A DNA stretch of 32,000 nucleotides from Denitrificimonas caeni DSM 24390 (GCF_000421765.1 NZ_ATXQ01000009.1:3932-35931), one strand, 5' to 3'. Counted from the stretch's first letter, positions 19,809 to 28,278 are shown. The notes: a model not told the origin generated them from the sequence alone. Numbers and translations: made by a program.

Positions 19809-19846
19809 AATCATGCTGCGCTTTTGCTAGCAAGCGCAGCATGATT
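19809..19846 (+). terminator. Strong hairpin after ligB (15-bp perfect stem, 8-nt loop), no U-tract
   Basis: AATCATGCTGCGCTT (19809-19823) pairs with AAGCGCAGCATGATT (19832-19846), starting 6 nt after the ligB stop. The following sequence, CAATAAAACA, is not U-rich. Confidence 0.45.
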
Positions 19847-20001
19847 CAATAAAACATTCTCCAAAAGGCGTATTGCGGCCGCCTAAATTAATATCCATGA
19901 TACGCGCGCTTAATTAGGCTGCAGTTCATCGCAGCATTCATCTGCGCCTTTGCGCCCCTCATAAAAATAAGAAACATTGGCAAGACAGTCTTTTTCATCG
20001 C

Positions 20002-20017
20002 ACTACTGCGCAGTAGT
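20002..20017. promoter_or_regulatory. Perfect 16-bp palindrome ACTACTGCGCAGTAGT upstream of the uncharacterised permease gene
   Basis: Perfect dyad located 49 nt upstream of ATG 20067 and flanked by direct GTCTTTTT repeats (19988-19995 and 20029-20036). It looks more like a protein-binding site than a terminator, because the dyad has no loop and no U-tract follows. Confidence 0.4.
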
Positions 20018-20066
20018 ACTTTGCGCCTGTCTTTTTGTCTGACGCATACATCAAAAGAGCAACAAA

Positions 20067-21542
20067 ATGGTAAATGAAGATTCTAAAAGCTACCGTGAAC
20101 TGCATCGTCCACGTAGCGAGTTTGCCTCTCGTCAAGCTTATTTAGAGCATGAACTGAGCATTATGTCGCCACGCCGTTGGCGCATCAATTTACCTTATCG
20201 CGACTACCGTTTCGAAGCGGAAGACTGGGTGCCAGCGATGGCAGCGACCATTGGTAAAATTGTCATGGTCGCAGCTATCGTCGCAGCCTTTGCGGCTCCT
20301 TTAGGTCTTTCCAATGCCTTTGTAATTGAAAACGCCCGCTATGAAATGCTAATTGCCGCGCTATTATTCGTGGTTATTTTTTCTGGCGTACTGATTCCTA
20401 CAGCAAACTTAGCTGGCACTCACGGCCCTCTTATTCCTCTGGTACCCATTATTGTGGCCTCTGGCGGCCACCCAATGGCACTAGGAATTATGATCGGTGT
20501 TTTGGGCTTTGTACTCGGCGTATTTAAAGGAGGAAGTTTACTGGCGAGGCTGACCAGTGATGGTGTCTGTGGGGGATTACTGCTGTTTTTAGGCTTTATT
20601 GGCATGACCTCGCAAATTAAAAGCCTATACACTTGGGCCGATGGCTTTGACATGGGCTATGTCGCCTTCGCCGTGGTATTGGCCACTATTATTATGTATG
20701 CCTATTTAGAGCATATTGGTAAGCGTTGGCTGGCTATTCCTCTCGGTGCAGTGCTGGCGGCAGTGATTGCTTTTGCTCTAGGTGCGCCATTTGAATTCAC
20801 CACCGAACCTGGCCTTCCAAACCTCAATCCTGCGTACTGGTGGGGTGACGATACAGGCTGGAAACTCGGTTTACCGCAACTGCACCATTTTATTGCAGTA
20901 GCACCTTTTGCGGTATTGGCCGTGGCGATGTGGTCACCAGACTTTTTAGGACACCGCGCGTTCCAGCACCTCAACTACCCAAGAAACGCTAAAAAAGTCA
21001 TCATGAATATTGATGACACCATGTGTGTGGCGGCAGCGCGGCAAGTCGTTGGTACCGCTTTAGGTGGCGGTAATATCGCGTCATCATGGGGCACTTATAT
21101 TGTTCCGGCGGCGATTGCTAAGCGACCGATCCCAGCGGGCGCAGTTTTAACCGGCTTACTCTGTGTGGTTGCTGCGGTTTGGGGTTACCCAATGGACTTA
21201 GCAATCTGGCCGCCAGTACTGAGCGTGGCGCTGATCGTGGGTGTTTACTTGCCCTTGCTCGAAGCCGGGATGCAAATGACCCGCGAAGGCAAAACCTCGC
21301 AGTCAGCCGCGATTGTGATTTTCTCATCTGCGCTAGTAAACCCAGTATTCGGTTGGTCGCTAACCGTACTACTGGACAATATTGGCATCATTGGTGACAA
21401 AGAACGCGGACAGAACATGACCCGTACCGACCGCTGGGTTATTCCATCCATTGTATTTATTGTGCTCTGTACAGTGATGGCAGGCATCGGTATGTTCCCA
21501 GGCATTCCTGCGTTAATGGAATCGTTTCGCACACTGCATTAG
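20067..21542 (+). CDS. Polytopic inner-membrane permease-like protein of unknown function (possibly DUF3360 / distant NCS2-SulP-type fold)
   Basis: 491-aa ORF with a ~60-aa charged N-terminus followed by about 12 hydrophobic segments. Gly/Pro-rich helix breaks (GTHGPLIPLVPIIVASGGHP, GGGNIASSWGTYIVPAAIAKRPIPAG) are reminiscent of 7+7 transporters. The family assignment is from memory only. Confidence 0.75.
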   Translation: MVNEDSKSYRELHRPRSEFASRQAYLEHELSIMSPRRWRINLPYRDYRFEAEDWVPAMAATIGKIVMVAAIVAAFAAPLGLSNAFVIENARYEMLIAALLFVVIFSGVLIPTANLAGTHGPLIPLVPIIVASGGHPMALGIMIGVLGFVLGVFKGGSLLARLTSDGVCGGLLLFLGFIGMTSQIKSLYTWADGFDMGYVAFAVVLATIIMYAYLEHIGKRWLAIPLGAVLAAVIAFALGAPFEFTTEPGLPNLNPAYWWGDDTGWKLGLPQLHHFIAVAPFAVLAVAMWSPDFLGHRAFQHLNYPRNAKKVIMNIDDTMCVAAARQVVGTALGGGNIASSWGTYIVPAAIAKRPIPAGAVLTGLLCVVAAVWGYPMDLAIWPPVLSVALIVGVYLPLLEAGMQMTREGKTSQSAAIVIFSSALVNPVFGWSLTVLLDNIGIIGDKERGQNMTRTDRWVIPSIVFIVLCTVMAGIGMFPGIPALMESFRTLH

Positions 21543-21544
21543 GT

Positions 21545-21581
21545 GTGCCGCAGATCGTTGAGCGTTCGGCCATTGCGGCAC
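21545..21581. terminator. GC-rich hairpin in the convergent spacer between the permease and cytochrome c' genes (possible bidirectional terminator)
   Basis: GTGCCGCA (21545-21552) pairs with TGCGGCAC (21574-21581). A second 6-bp pair, TGAGCG (21559-21564) with CGCTCA (21585-21590), is interleaved with it. There is no U-tract on either strand. Confidence 0.3.
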
Positions 21582-21603
21582 GAGCGCTCAGCAACACTCT
21601 GGA

Positions 21604-22047
21604 TTAATAAGCGCGAAACTCTTTATGACAAGACTCGCAGGCATCCTCAACTGCTTGCACACGCAAGGTCAAGACACTTTCGTTCAATGGTGGCTGTGTC
21701 GTGCTCGCCACTAAACGCGCAGTTGTGCCTTCCAATTCACGCGCCAGCTCTTGAAAGCGTTCTTGCTGTTGCCAAACATCATCACGGGCTGAAGTTTTCT
21801 CATCTTCTTTGATGCTAGGAAAATGCTGCCAAGGCGTTTTCGACAAGGTATCAAGCTGTATTGCTTTTTCTACAAACAGGGTTTCATCGTACTTAATACG
21901 ACCACGCAGCATGCCTCCTAAATCTTCGCTGACGCTGAGCATTTCTTTAAAAATCGCTTTACGCTTACCTAATGGAGAGTTGGGATCAACACCACCGCAC
22001 GCGCCCAGACTTAATACCACTGCCAACAATACACCACGCTTTAGCAC
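21604..22047 (-). CDS. Cytochrome c' (class II c-type cytochrome) with lipoprotein signal peptide
   Basis: The C-terminal haem motif CESCHKEFR sits 7 residues from the end. It is collinear with Alcaligenes cytochrome c' as recalled (LSKTPWQHF vs LSALPWAAF; ARDDVWQQQERFQE vs ARPEIWSDAASFKQ). The N-terminus MLKRGVLLAVVLSLGAC|GG carries a lipobox. The start codon is GTG. Confidence 0.85.
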   Translation of the reverse strand: MLKRGVLLAVVLSLGACGGVDPNSPLGKRKAIFKEMLSVSEDLGGMLRGRIKYDETLFVEKAIQLDTLSKTPWQHFPSIKEDEKTSARDDVWQQQERFQELARELEGTTARLVASTTQPPLNESVLTLRVQAVEDACESCHKEFRAY

Positions 22048-22281
22048 ACACTCACCCGTTTTAATCCGATAAAATTATTGATCAGAACGCTGCCTGATGC
22101 CAGTTAAAGAGCGCCAAGTATCTGTGTTTCTTAGCGACAAACCAAGCGCCCGCGCCAACCTAAATGAAAAAACATCGCAAAACCGCATCTGATCCTATGT
22201 TTATTTAAAAATCTGCTGCTGTTACTCATTTGTGGTTAGCTGGATGATACAGGTCTGCTCTTCATCGCCAGAGGACTCGAC

Positions 22282-23682
22282 ATGAGTCAACGTATTCCAG
22301 TACAGCAAATCGACCCTAAAGTAACTGCAAAAGCACCCTCATCTTTTGGCAAAAGCATTGTTACGCGCAGCTATCAAGGCATGTTTAGAAATATCAGGCT
22401 GTACAGCACCGCTGCTCTCTTAGCGCTGTTTTTTCTCACTGTATGGTTTGAATGGGAAGGACGCCAAGCGGTGCTATGGGATTTAGCCGGCGGTAAGTTT
22501 TATATTTTCGGCGCTACGTTTTGGCCGCAAGATTTAATTTTGTTATCGGCTTTATTGATTATTTGTGCTTTTGGGTTGTTTTTCCTTACCGTACTGGCGG
22601 GTCGTATTTGGTGCGGTTACAGCTGTCCACAAAGTGTTTGGACCTGGATATTTTTACGCATTGAGCACCTTACAGAAGGTGAACGCCACCAGCGGATTAA
22701 ACTGGATGCGGCGCCGTGGTCATGGCAAAAAATTCTCCGTCGAACGGCCAAACACAGTCTGTGGTTGATTGTTAGCGCCGTTACCGCATTAACATTCGTA
22801 GGCTATTTCACCCCAATTCGCGAATTAAGCCTTGATCTTCTCAATTTCAGCGTAGGTGGATTAAGCTTATTTTGGCTAGCCTTTTTCACCAGCGCGACCT
22901 ACATCAGCGCGGGCTGGCTACGTGAGCAAGTCTGTTTGCATATGTGCCCTTACTCGCGCTTTCAAAGTGTAATGTTCGATGACAGTACTTTATTAGTCAG
23001 TTATGACGCGCAACGGGGTGAAAACCGAGGGGCGCGCAAAAAAGCCAGCGACCCCAAAGCTCTAAACCTAGGTGACTGCATCGACTGCACACTATGCGTG
23101 CAGGTATGCCCAACCGGGATTGATATTCGTGATGGTTTGCAGTTGGCATGTATCAGTTGCGGCGCGTGTGTCGATGTCTGCAACGACGTGATGCAGCAGA
23201 TGGGCTATGCGCCCAACCTCATTAGCTATACTTCAGAGCGCGCCTTAGCCGGCCAATCAACTCAGTGGTTGCGCCCGCGCTTACTTGGCTACGCGGCCAC
23301 TTTAATACTGATGTTGGGCGGTTTGTATTGGGGTTTAGATAGCCGTTCTTTAGTTTCTTTAGATGTCAGCAAAGACCGCCTCATGTTTCGTGAAAACAAT
23401 GCTGGTCAGATTGAAAACATGTACCTGCTAAAAATTATAAATAAAACTCAAACCTCTCAGGAGTACCAAATCAGCATGCAAGGCTCGGACAGTTTATCTC
23501 TCAGCGCGCCCAACAAAGTGCACTTAAGCGCAGGTGAAATTGCTACAGTAGCCGTCACCGTCAGCCAACTCGATACAGCTGCCGGTGGAGTAACGCCACT
23601 CACCTTTACCGTTGCCAGCACCAGCCAAGCTAATATTTCCAGCAGCAGCTCAAGTAATTTCACTGCACCCTTAGTGCGCTAA
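22282..23682 (+). CDS. ccoG: CcoG/FixG/RdxA-family membrane 4Fe-4S protein (cbb3-oxidase accessory / cupric reductase family)
   Basis: Contains CGYSCPQ, CLHMCPYSRFQ, and two ferredoxin motifs, CIDCTLCVQVCPTGIDIR and CISCGACVDVCN. N-terminal TM helices and a C-terminal Ig-like tail are present. No ccoNOQP or ccoHIS genes are in the window. Confidence 0.88.
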   Translation: MSQRIPVQQIDPKVTAKAPSSFGKSIVTRSYQGMFRNIRLYSTAALLALFFLTVWFEWEGRQAVLWDLAGGKFYIFGATFWPQDLILLSALLIICAFGLFFLTVLAGRIWCGYSCPQSVWTWIFLRIEHLTEGERHQRIKLDAAPWSWQKILRRTAKHSLWLIVSAVTALTFVGYFTPIRELSLDLLNFSVGGLSLFWLAFFTSATYISAGWLREQVCLHMCPYSRFQSVMFDDSTLLVSYDAQRGENRGARKKASDPKALNLGDCIDCTLCVQVCPTGIDIRDGLQLACISCGACVDVCNDVMQQMGYAPNLISYTSERALAGQSTQWLRPRLLGYAATLILMLGGLYWGLDSRSLVSLDVSKDRLMFRENNAGQIENMYLLKIINKTQTSQEYQISMQGSDSLSLSAPNKVHLSAGEIATVAVTVSQLDTAAGGVTPLTFTVASTSQANISSSSSSNFTAPLVR

Positions 23683-23715
23683 GCGCACAACACTTGCAAG
23701 TATGGAACTCGCTTT

Positions 23716-25134
23716 ATGAAGCGCTATGAAAAACTGGCAGCAGAAATCACTCAACTGATTCACAGCGGCGTACTCGCTCATGGTGAGAAAGCACCGTCGA
23801 TCCGCCAAGCCAGTCGCACCTATAGCGTCAGTCCTTCTACTGTTTTTCAAGCCTATTACTTACTAGAGAGCCGAGGCTTATTGCGCGCCAAAGAGCGATC
23901 TGGATATTTTGTCTGCAATCACAGCGCGCAACGTTTAGATGAACCACAAATCACCCAGCAACATATTGAAAGCCATGAAGTGGGTGTCAGTGAGCTAATT
24001 TTCTCGGTTTTGGATTCTTTACGCGATGCTAGCACTGTTCCCTTCGGCTCCGCTTTTCCAAGCCCAGAACTGTTTCCTTTGGCACGCTTGGCTCGCAGCC
24101 TATCCAGCAGCATGAAAACGATGCCAGCACACGCCATTATTAGTGATATGACCGATGGCAATCCCAATCTAAGACGACAAATTGCTTTGCGTTACAGCCA
24201 CAACGGTATGTTTTTACCACCCAATGAACTGATTATTACCAATGGTGCTTTAGAGGCGCTCAGCTTATGTTTGCAATGCACCACTGCGCCGGGTGATTTA
24301 GTTGCTATTGAAGCACCGGCGTTTTACGCCTGTTTACAAATGCTTGAGCACTTGCAACTCAAAGCAGTAGAAATACCCGTGCATCCGCGTGAAGGGATTG
24401 ATTTAGCCAGTTTAAAAACTGCTCTGGCCAGCCTGCCAATCAAAGTATGCTGGTTGATGAGCAGCTTGCAGAACCCCATTGGCGCGAGCATGGATGAAGA
24501 GAAAAAGCAGGCGCTCTACGAACTTATTCGCACATATCAAGTGCCACTCATTGAAGATGATGTGTATGCAGAACTGTATTTCACCAGCACTACGCCACGC
24601 TCGATCAAAAGTTATGACCGCAGTGGTTTAGTCATGCATTGCAGTTCATTCTCAAAATGTTTAGCGCCGGGTTATCGCGTGGGCTGGGTCGCGGCCGGAC
24701 GCTTTGCTGAGCAGATCAAACGCCTACGTCTAATGACGACGATTTCACCCGCTATCCCATCTCAAGCCGCCTTAGCTGATTATTTACAACATGGCGGCTA
24801 TGACTTGCACTTGCGCCGTCTACGCCATGCTTTAGAAAACCAACAAGCCGCCATGCTGAATGCTGCTGAGCGCTATTTCCCAGCTGGAACACGCGTCACT
24901 AGACCTCAAGGTGGTTACTTCTTGTGGTTTGAACTGCCAGACAATATTGATTCTCTAACCTTGTTCCAGCAAGCCTTACATCAAGGTATCAGCTTAGCGC
25001 CGGGGCCTATTTTTTCAGCAACTCAGCGCTTTAAAAACTGTATTCGCCTGAGCTACGGCCACCCTTGGGATGAGCGTAGCGAGCAAGCGATGCAACAGCT
25101 AGGACAACTAATGAATAAGCTTCGGCAAACTTAG
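23716..25134 (+). CDS. MocR-subfamily GntR regulator (wHTH fused to a PLP aminotransferase-like domain)
   Basis: The N-terminal GntR wHTH reads PSIRQASRTYSVSPSTVFQAYYLLESRGLL. The fold-type-I aminotransferase domain has NGALEAL and the PLP-lysine motif SSFSKCLAPGYRVGW. Confidence 0.88.
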   Translation: MKRYEKLAAEITQLIHSGVLAHGEKAPSIRQASRTYSVSPSTVFQAYYLLESRGLLRAKERSGYFVCNHSAQRLDEPQITQQHIESHEVGVSELIFSVLDSLRDASTVPFGSAFPSPELFPLARLARSLSSSMKTMPAHAIISDMTDGNPNLRRQIALRYSHNGMFLPPNELIITNGALEALSLCLQCTTAPGDLVAIEAPAFYACLQMLEHLQLKAVEIPVHPREGIDLASLKTALASLPIKVCWLMSSLQNPIGASMDEEKKQALYELIRTYQVPLIEDDVYAELYFTSTTPRSIKSYDRSGLVMHCSSFSKCLAPGYRVGWVAAGRFAEQIKRLRLMTTISPAIPSQAALADYLQHGGYDLHLRRLRHALENQQAAMLNAAERYFPAGTRVTRPQGGYFLWFELPDNIDSLTLFQQALHQGISLAPGPIFSATQRFKNCIRLSYGHPWDERSEQAMQQLGQLMNKLRQT

Positions 25135-25517
25135 GCAGCCACAACAAACAAACTGACAATCAAACCGACTCCAACAAACCACACCAGAGAGCGCAGTACT
25201 GCCCAATCGGCGATATAGCACAGAGTATACAATGCTCGACTGCAGACAAACGCTATTGCCAGCTGATCCAGCAGTCCTTGCTCAGCGCCAGCGGCCAGAT
25301 GCGCAATAATCACCGCTGCAGCAAACGCCGGAGTGATTTCAAAACCATTCTGCTGGGCATTATTAGCTCGTTTAGATACGCCTTGTACGGTTGCCAAGAA
25401 TGCCCGCGGATCATGATTGTCTTTCGGGGTAAAGTTTCCAGCACTGGCTTTCGCCCAGACTGTTGAAACGTAAGGCAACATAATGGCTGCCAGAACACAC
25501 CAATACGCAATGGTCAT
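25131..25517 (-). CDS. MAPEG-family membrane protein
   Basis: MTIAYWCVLAAIMLPY...NHDPRAFLA...RANNAQQNGFEITPAFAAAV is typical of bacterial MAPEG proteins. ATG 25517 lies 5 nt after AGGAG, whereas the track's start at 25568 is an upstream extension. A 4-bp convergent overlap exists with the MocR gene. Confidence 0.8.
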   Translation of the reverse strand: MTIAYWCVLAAIMLPYVSTVWAKASAGNFTPKDNHDPRAFLATVQGVSKRANNAQQNGFEITPAFAAAVIIAHLAAGAEQGLLDQLAIAFVCSRALYTLCYIADWAVLRSLVWFVGVGLIVSLFVVAA

Positions 25518-25616
25518 AATCACTCCTGCTTTCATTATTTTCATTATTTTTATAGGTTGAAGTGCCACTTTAATACAAATAACTCAAGACAAAAGCAATT
25601 CTTCAACACTTAGCTA

Positions 25617-25645
25617 TTGGGCAAATAGCAAAGCCTCGCTATAAT
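25617..25645 (+). promoter_or_regulatory. Candidate sigma70 promoter for the ahcY-metF leader (-35 TTGGGC, 17-nt spacer, -10 TATAAT)
   Basis: A perfect TATAAT at 25640-25645 and TTGGGC at 25617-25622. Together they place the transcription start about 30 nt upstream of the riboswitch aptamer. Confidence 0.5.
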
Positions 25646-25683
25646 CAGCGCCGCACCAAGGCCTAACCGTGGTGACCAACAGA

Positions 25684-25795
25684 TTCGAGGGGCGCTGCAG
25701 CAGGATTCTCCTGTCAGGCTCGAAACAGTTGCCTTCCAGTTGTCTCGACAACTGCATATTTGCAAACGGCGCCCATTCGCTAATTACGAATGGAG
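25684..25795 (+). promoter_or_regulatory. SAH riboswitch (S-adenosylhomocysteine-responsive, Rfam SAH_riboswitch type) with SD-sequestering expression platform
   Basis: The conserved core is UUCGAGGGGCGCUGC...CAGGCUCGAAA...AACGGCGCCCA. P1 pairs TTCGAG (25684-25689) with CTCGAA (25719-25724). The P2 hairpin is CAGG/CCTG. The pseudoknot helix pairs GGGCGC (25690-25695) with GCGCCC (25769-25774). Relative to the common GAGCGC/GCGCUC version, both strands are changed compensatorily. A downstream hairpin, CCATTCG (25773-25779) with CGAATGG (25787-25793), covers the SD GGAG (25792-25795). The element sits directly upstream of ahcY, its classical target. Confidence 0.88.
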
Positions 25796-25805
25796 AACTC
25801 ATTTT

Positions 25806-27206
25806 ATGAGCGCTGTTGCTGGTTTTACTGATTATAAAGTTGCTGACATGTCACTGGCCGACTGGGGCCGTCGTGAAATTATTATTGCTGAATCTGAGAT
25901 GCCAGCCCTAATGGCTTTGCGCACTAAATACGCTGGCGAGCAGCCACTTAAAGGTGCGAAAATTCTCGGCTGCATCCACATGACCATTCAGACCGCAGTG
26001 TTGATTGAAACACTGACGGAGTTAGGTGCAGAAGTGCGCTGGTCAAGCTGCAATATCTTTTCAACCCAAGACCAAGCCGCTGCGGCGATTGCTGCTGCAG
26101 GTATTCCAGTGTTTGCTTGGAAAGGCGAAACTGAAGAAGAGTACGTCTGGTGCATCGAGCAAACCATCCTTAAAGATGGTCAGCCTTGGGATGCCAATAT
26201 GATTTTGGATGACGGTGGTGATTTAACCGAAATTCTTCACGAGCGTTTTCCGCAAGTATTGAACAACGTTCACGGTGTGACTGAAGAAACCACCACTGGC
26301 GTACACCGTCTGCTGGACATGCTGGCTAAAGGTACTTTGAAAGTACCAGCCATCAACGTTAACGACTCCGTCACCAAAAGCAAAAACGACAACAAATACG
26401 GTTGCCGTCATAGCCTCAACGATGCGATCAAGCGCGGTACTGACAACCTACTGTCAGGCAAGCAAGCTCTGGTTATCGGTTACGGTGATGTGGGCAAAGG
26501 CTCAGCACAATCGCTGAATCAAGAAGGCATGATTGTTAAGGTCTCTGAAGTGGACCCAATTTGCGCGATGCAAGCCTGCATGGACGGTTACGAGTTGGTT
26601 TCACCGTACATCGACGGTAACAATGACGGCACCGACGCCAGCATTGATAAAGCGCTGCTAGGCAAAATCGACTTGATCGTCACCACTACAGGTAACGCCA
26701 ATGTCTGTGATGCAGGCATGCTTAAAGCCCTGAAAAAACGTGCAGTGGTCTGCAACATTGGTCACTTTGACAATGAAATCGACACCGCATTTATGCGCAA
26801 AAACTGGGCGTGGGAAGAAGTTAAGCCACAGGTGCACAAAATTCACCGCACCGGTGCTGGCAAGTTCGATCCACGTAATGACGATTACTTGATTCTGTTA
26901 TCAGAAGGTCGTTTAGTGAATCTCGGTAACGCTACTGGTCACCCAAGCCGCATTATGGATGGCTCATTTGCTAACCAAGTACTCGCGCAAATGCACTTAT
27001 TTGAGCGTAAATTCGCCCAGTTAAATGCTGAGCAAAAAGCTGCAGCGTTAACCGTTGAAGTGCTACCAAAAAAACTCGACGAAGAAGTTGCTCTAGAAAT
27101 GGTCAAAGGTTTTGGTGGGGTGATAACCCGCCTGACTGATGTGCAAGCCGATTACATTGGCGTTGCTGTTGACGGCCCTTACAAGCCAGAAACTTACCGC
27201 TACTAA
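25806..27206 (+). CDS. ahcY: S-adenosyl-L-homocysteine hydrolase (adenosylhomocysteinase)
   Basis: Homology starts at [25 protein letters not shown], and ATG 25806 lies 10 nt after GGAG. The track's start at 25740 lies inside the riboswitch. The NAD-binding motif [15 protein letters not shown] and the C-terminal YRY are present. Confidence 0.97.
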   Translation: MSAVAGFTDYKVADMSLADWGRREIIIAESEMPALMALRTKYAGEQPLKGAKILGCIHMTIQTAVLIETLTELGAEVRWSSCNIFSTQDQAAAAIAAAGIPVFAWKGETEEEYVWCIEQTILKDGQPWDANMILDDGGDLTEILHERFPQVLNNVHGVTEETTTGVHRLLDMLAKGTLKVPAINVNDSVTKSKNDNKYGCRHSLNDAIKRGTDNLLSGKQALVIGYGDVGKGSAQSLNQEGMIVKVSEVDPICAMQACMDGYELVSPYIDGNNDGTDASIDKALLGKIDLIVTTTGNANVCDAGMLKALKKRAVVCNIGHFDNEIDTAFMRKNWAWEEVKPQVHKIHRTGAGKFDPRNDDYLILLSEGRLVNLGNATGHPSRIMDGSFANQVLAQMHLFERKFAQLNAEQKAAALTVEVLPKKLDEEVALEMVKGFGGVITRLTDVQADYIGVAVDGPYKPETYRY

Positions 27207-27217
27207 GTGGCAAAAAA

Positions 27218-27240
27218 GGGGTGGCATAGCTGCCTCTTTT
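27218..27240 (+). terminator. Weak imperfect hairpin plus T-run between ahcY and metF (possible partial terminator or processing site)
   Basis: GGGGTGGCA-TAGC-TGCCTCTTTT. The core GGCA/TGCC stem is extended by a G-C pair and G-U wobbles and is followed by TTTT. The stem is weak. Confidence 0.25.
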
Positions 27241-27285
27241 GCACTTTCGGCTGCCCAGACACTTTGACATTTAGGGACGTGTTAT

Positions 27286-28131
27286 ATGAGCAATCAATCT
27301 CGTATTAGTTTTGAGTTCTTCCCCACCAAAACCGATGCTGGCCATGAAAAGCTGCTGGCAACGGCAACGCAACTAGCTACCTATAATCCTGAGTTTTTCT
27401 CTTGCACTTATGGTGCCGGCGGCTCAACCCGTGACCGTACTTTGAACACCGTTTTACAATTAGATGGCGAAATCAAAGTCCCGACTGCACCGCACTTATC
27501 CTGTGTCGGCGACAGCAAAGAAGATTTACGCGAACTGCTGCATTTGTATAAAGATGCAGGTATTAAACGCATTGTAGCCCTGCGTGGTGATTTGCCATCC
27601 GGGATGGGTATGGCCAACGGTGAGTTGCGCTACGCCAATGAGTTAGTCGAGTTCATCCGCCACGAAACCGGCGACCACTTTTATATTGAAGTGGCGGCTT
27701 ATCCCGAGATGCACCCACAAGCCCGCGATTTTGAAGTAGATTTGCAAAATTTCGCGCGCAAAGTGCAGGCTGGTGCTGATAGCGCGATCACTCAATATTT
27801 CTTTAATGCCGATTGTTACTTCTATTTTGTTGATCGAGCGCGTAAACTTGGCATTGATATCCCAATCGTGCCAGGCATTATGCCGATTACCAATTACAGT
27901 AAATTGGCACGCTTTTCTGATTCTTGTGGTGCTGAGCTACCGCGCTGGATACGCAAACAACTGGAAGCGTACGGCGACGACACAGCAAGCATTCAAGCCT
28001 TCGGTGCAGAAGTCATTACCAACATGTGCGAACGCCTACTAGAAGGTGGCGCGCCGGGTTTGCACTTCTACACACTTAATCAAGCTGAACCCAGTTTAGC
28101 TGTTTGGGATAATCTCAAGCTTAACCGCTGA
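27286..28131 (+). CDS. metF: 5,10-methylenetetrahydrofolate reductase
   Basis: 281-aa ORF with SFEFFPTKT, CTYGAGGSTR, VALRGD, ITQYFFN and HFYTLNQAEP, the canonical MetF motifs. Confidence 0.96.
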   Translation: MSNQSRISFEFFPTKTDAGHEKLLATATQLATYNPEFFSCTYGAGGSTRDRTLNTVLQLDGEIKVPTAPHLSCVGDSKEDLRELLHLYKDAGIKRIVALRGDLPSGMGMANGELRYANELVEFIRHETGDHFYIEVAAYPEMHPQARDFEVDLQNFARKVQAGADSAITQYFFNADCYFYFVDRARKLGIDIPIVPGIMPITNYSKLARFSDSCGAELPRWIRKQLEAYGDDTASIQAFGAEVITNMCERLLEGGAPGLHFYTLNQAEPSLAVWDNLKLNR

Positions 28132-28163
28132 AAAAAGGCCACCAGGCCACTATAGCGATATAC

Positions 28164-28228
28164 CTCCATCCAGTTTTATGCCCAGCGCAGGACATGATTC
28201 GTGGATGGAGTGCATACTTTTTATGCAC
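28164..28228 (+). terminator. Two tandem hairpins downstream of metF (candidate ahcY-metF terminator region)
   Basis: CTCCATCCA (28164-28172) pairs with TGGATGGAG (28202-28210) across a 29-nt loop. It is followed directly by GTGCATA-CTTTT-TATGCAC (28210-28228) and then TTGTAT. The U-tract is weak. Confidence 0.35.
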
Positions 28229-28242
28229 TTGTATGGAGCATT

Positions 28243-28278
28243 TATAATTTTGCGCCCCAAAGTCGGCGGGTCGCCGAC
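28243..28278 (+). promoter_or_regulatory. Candidate rhlE -10 box (TATAAT 28243-28248) followed by a GC hairpin in the leader (GTCGGCG-GGT-CGCCGAC, 28262-28278)
   Basis: A perfect TATAAT lies 45 nt upstream of the rhlE ATG. A 7-bp perfect GC-rich stem with a 3-nt loop ends 14 nt before the ATG, just upstream of the AGGAAG SD. Confidence 0.35.

Noticed and set aside
21543-21812. 89-aa plus-strand ORF directly after the permease gene.
   Set aside because: It overlaps the 3' two-thirds of the well-supported cytochrome c' gene on the opposite strand and starts within the terminator-like hairpin region.
22048-22281. Searched the cytochrome c'/ccoG divergent region for an Anr/FNR box (TTGAT-N4-ATCAA) or an NsrR-like site.
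   Set aside because: The best candidates are TTGATCAGAACGCT (22078-22091, right half-site essentially absent) and CTGATGCCAGTTAA (about 7 of 10 matches). Neither is convincing.
25531-25548. Tandem 9-bp duplication TTCATTATT x2 just upstream of the MAPEG start codon.
   Set aside because: It has only two short AT-rich units in a promoter region and is plausibly just an UP-like A/T tract. There is no further support for a functional repeat.
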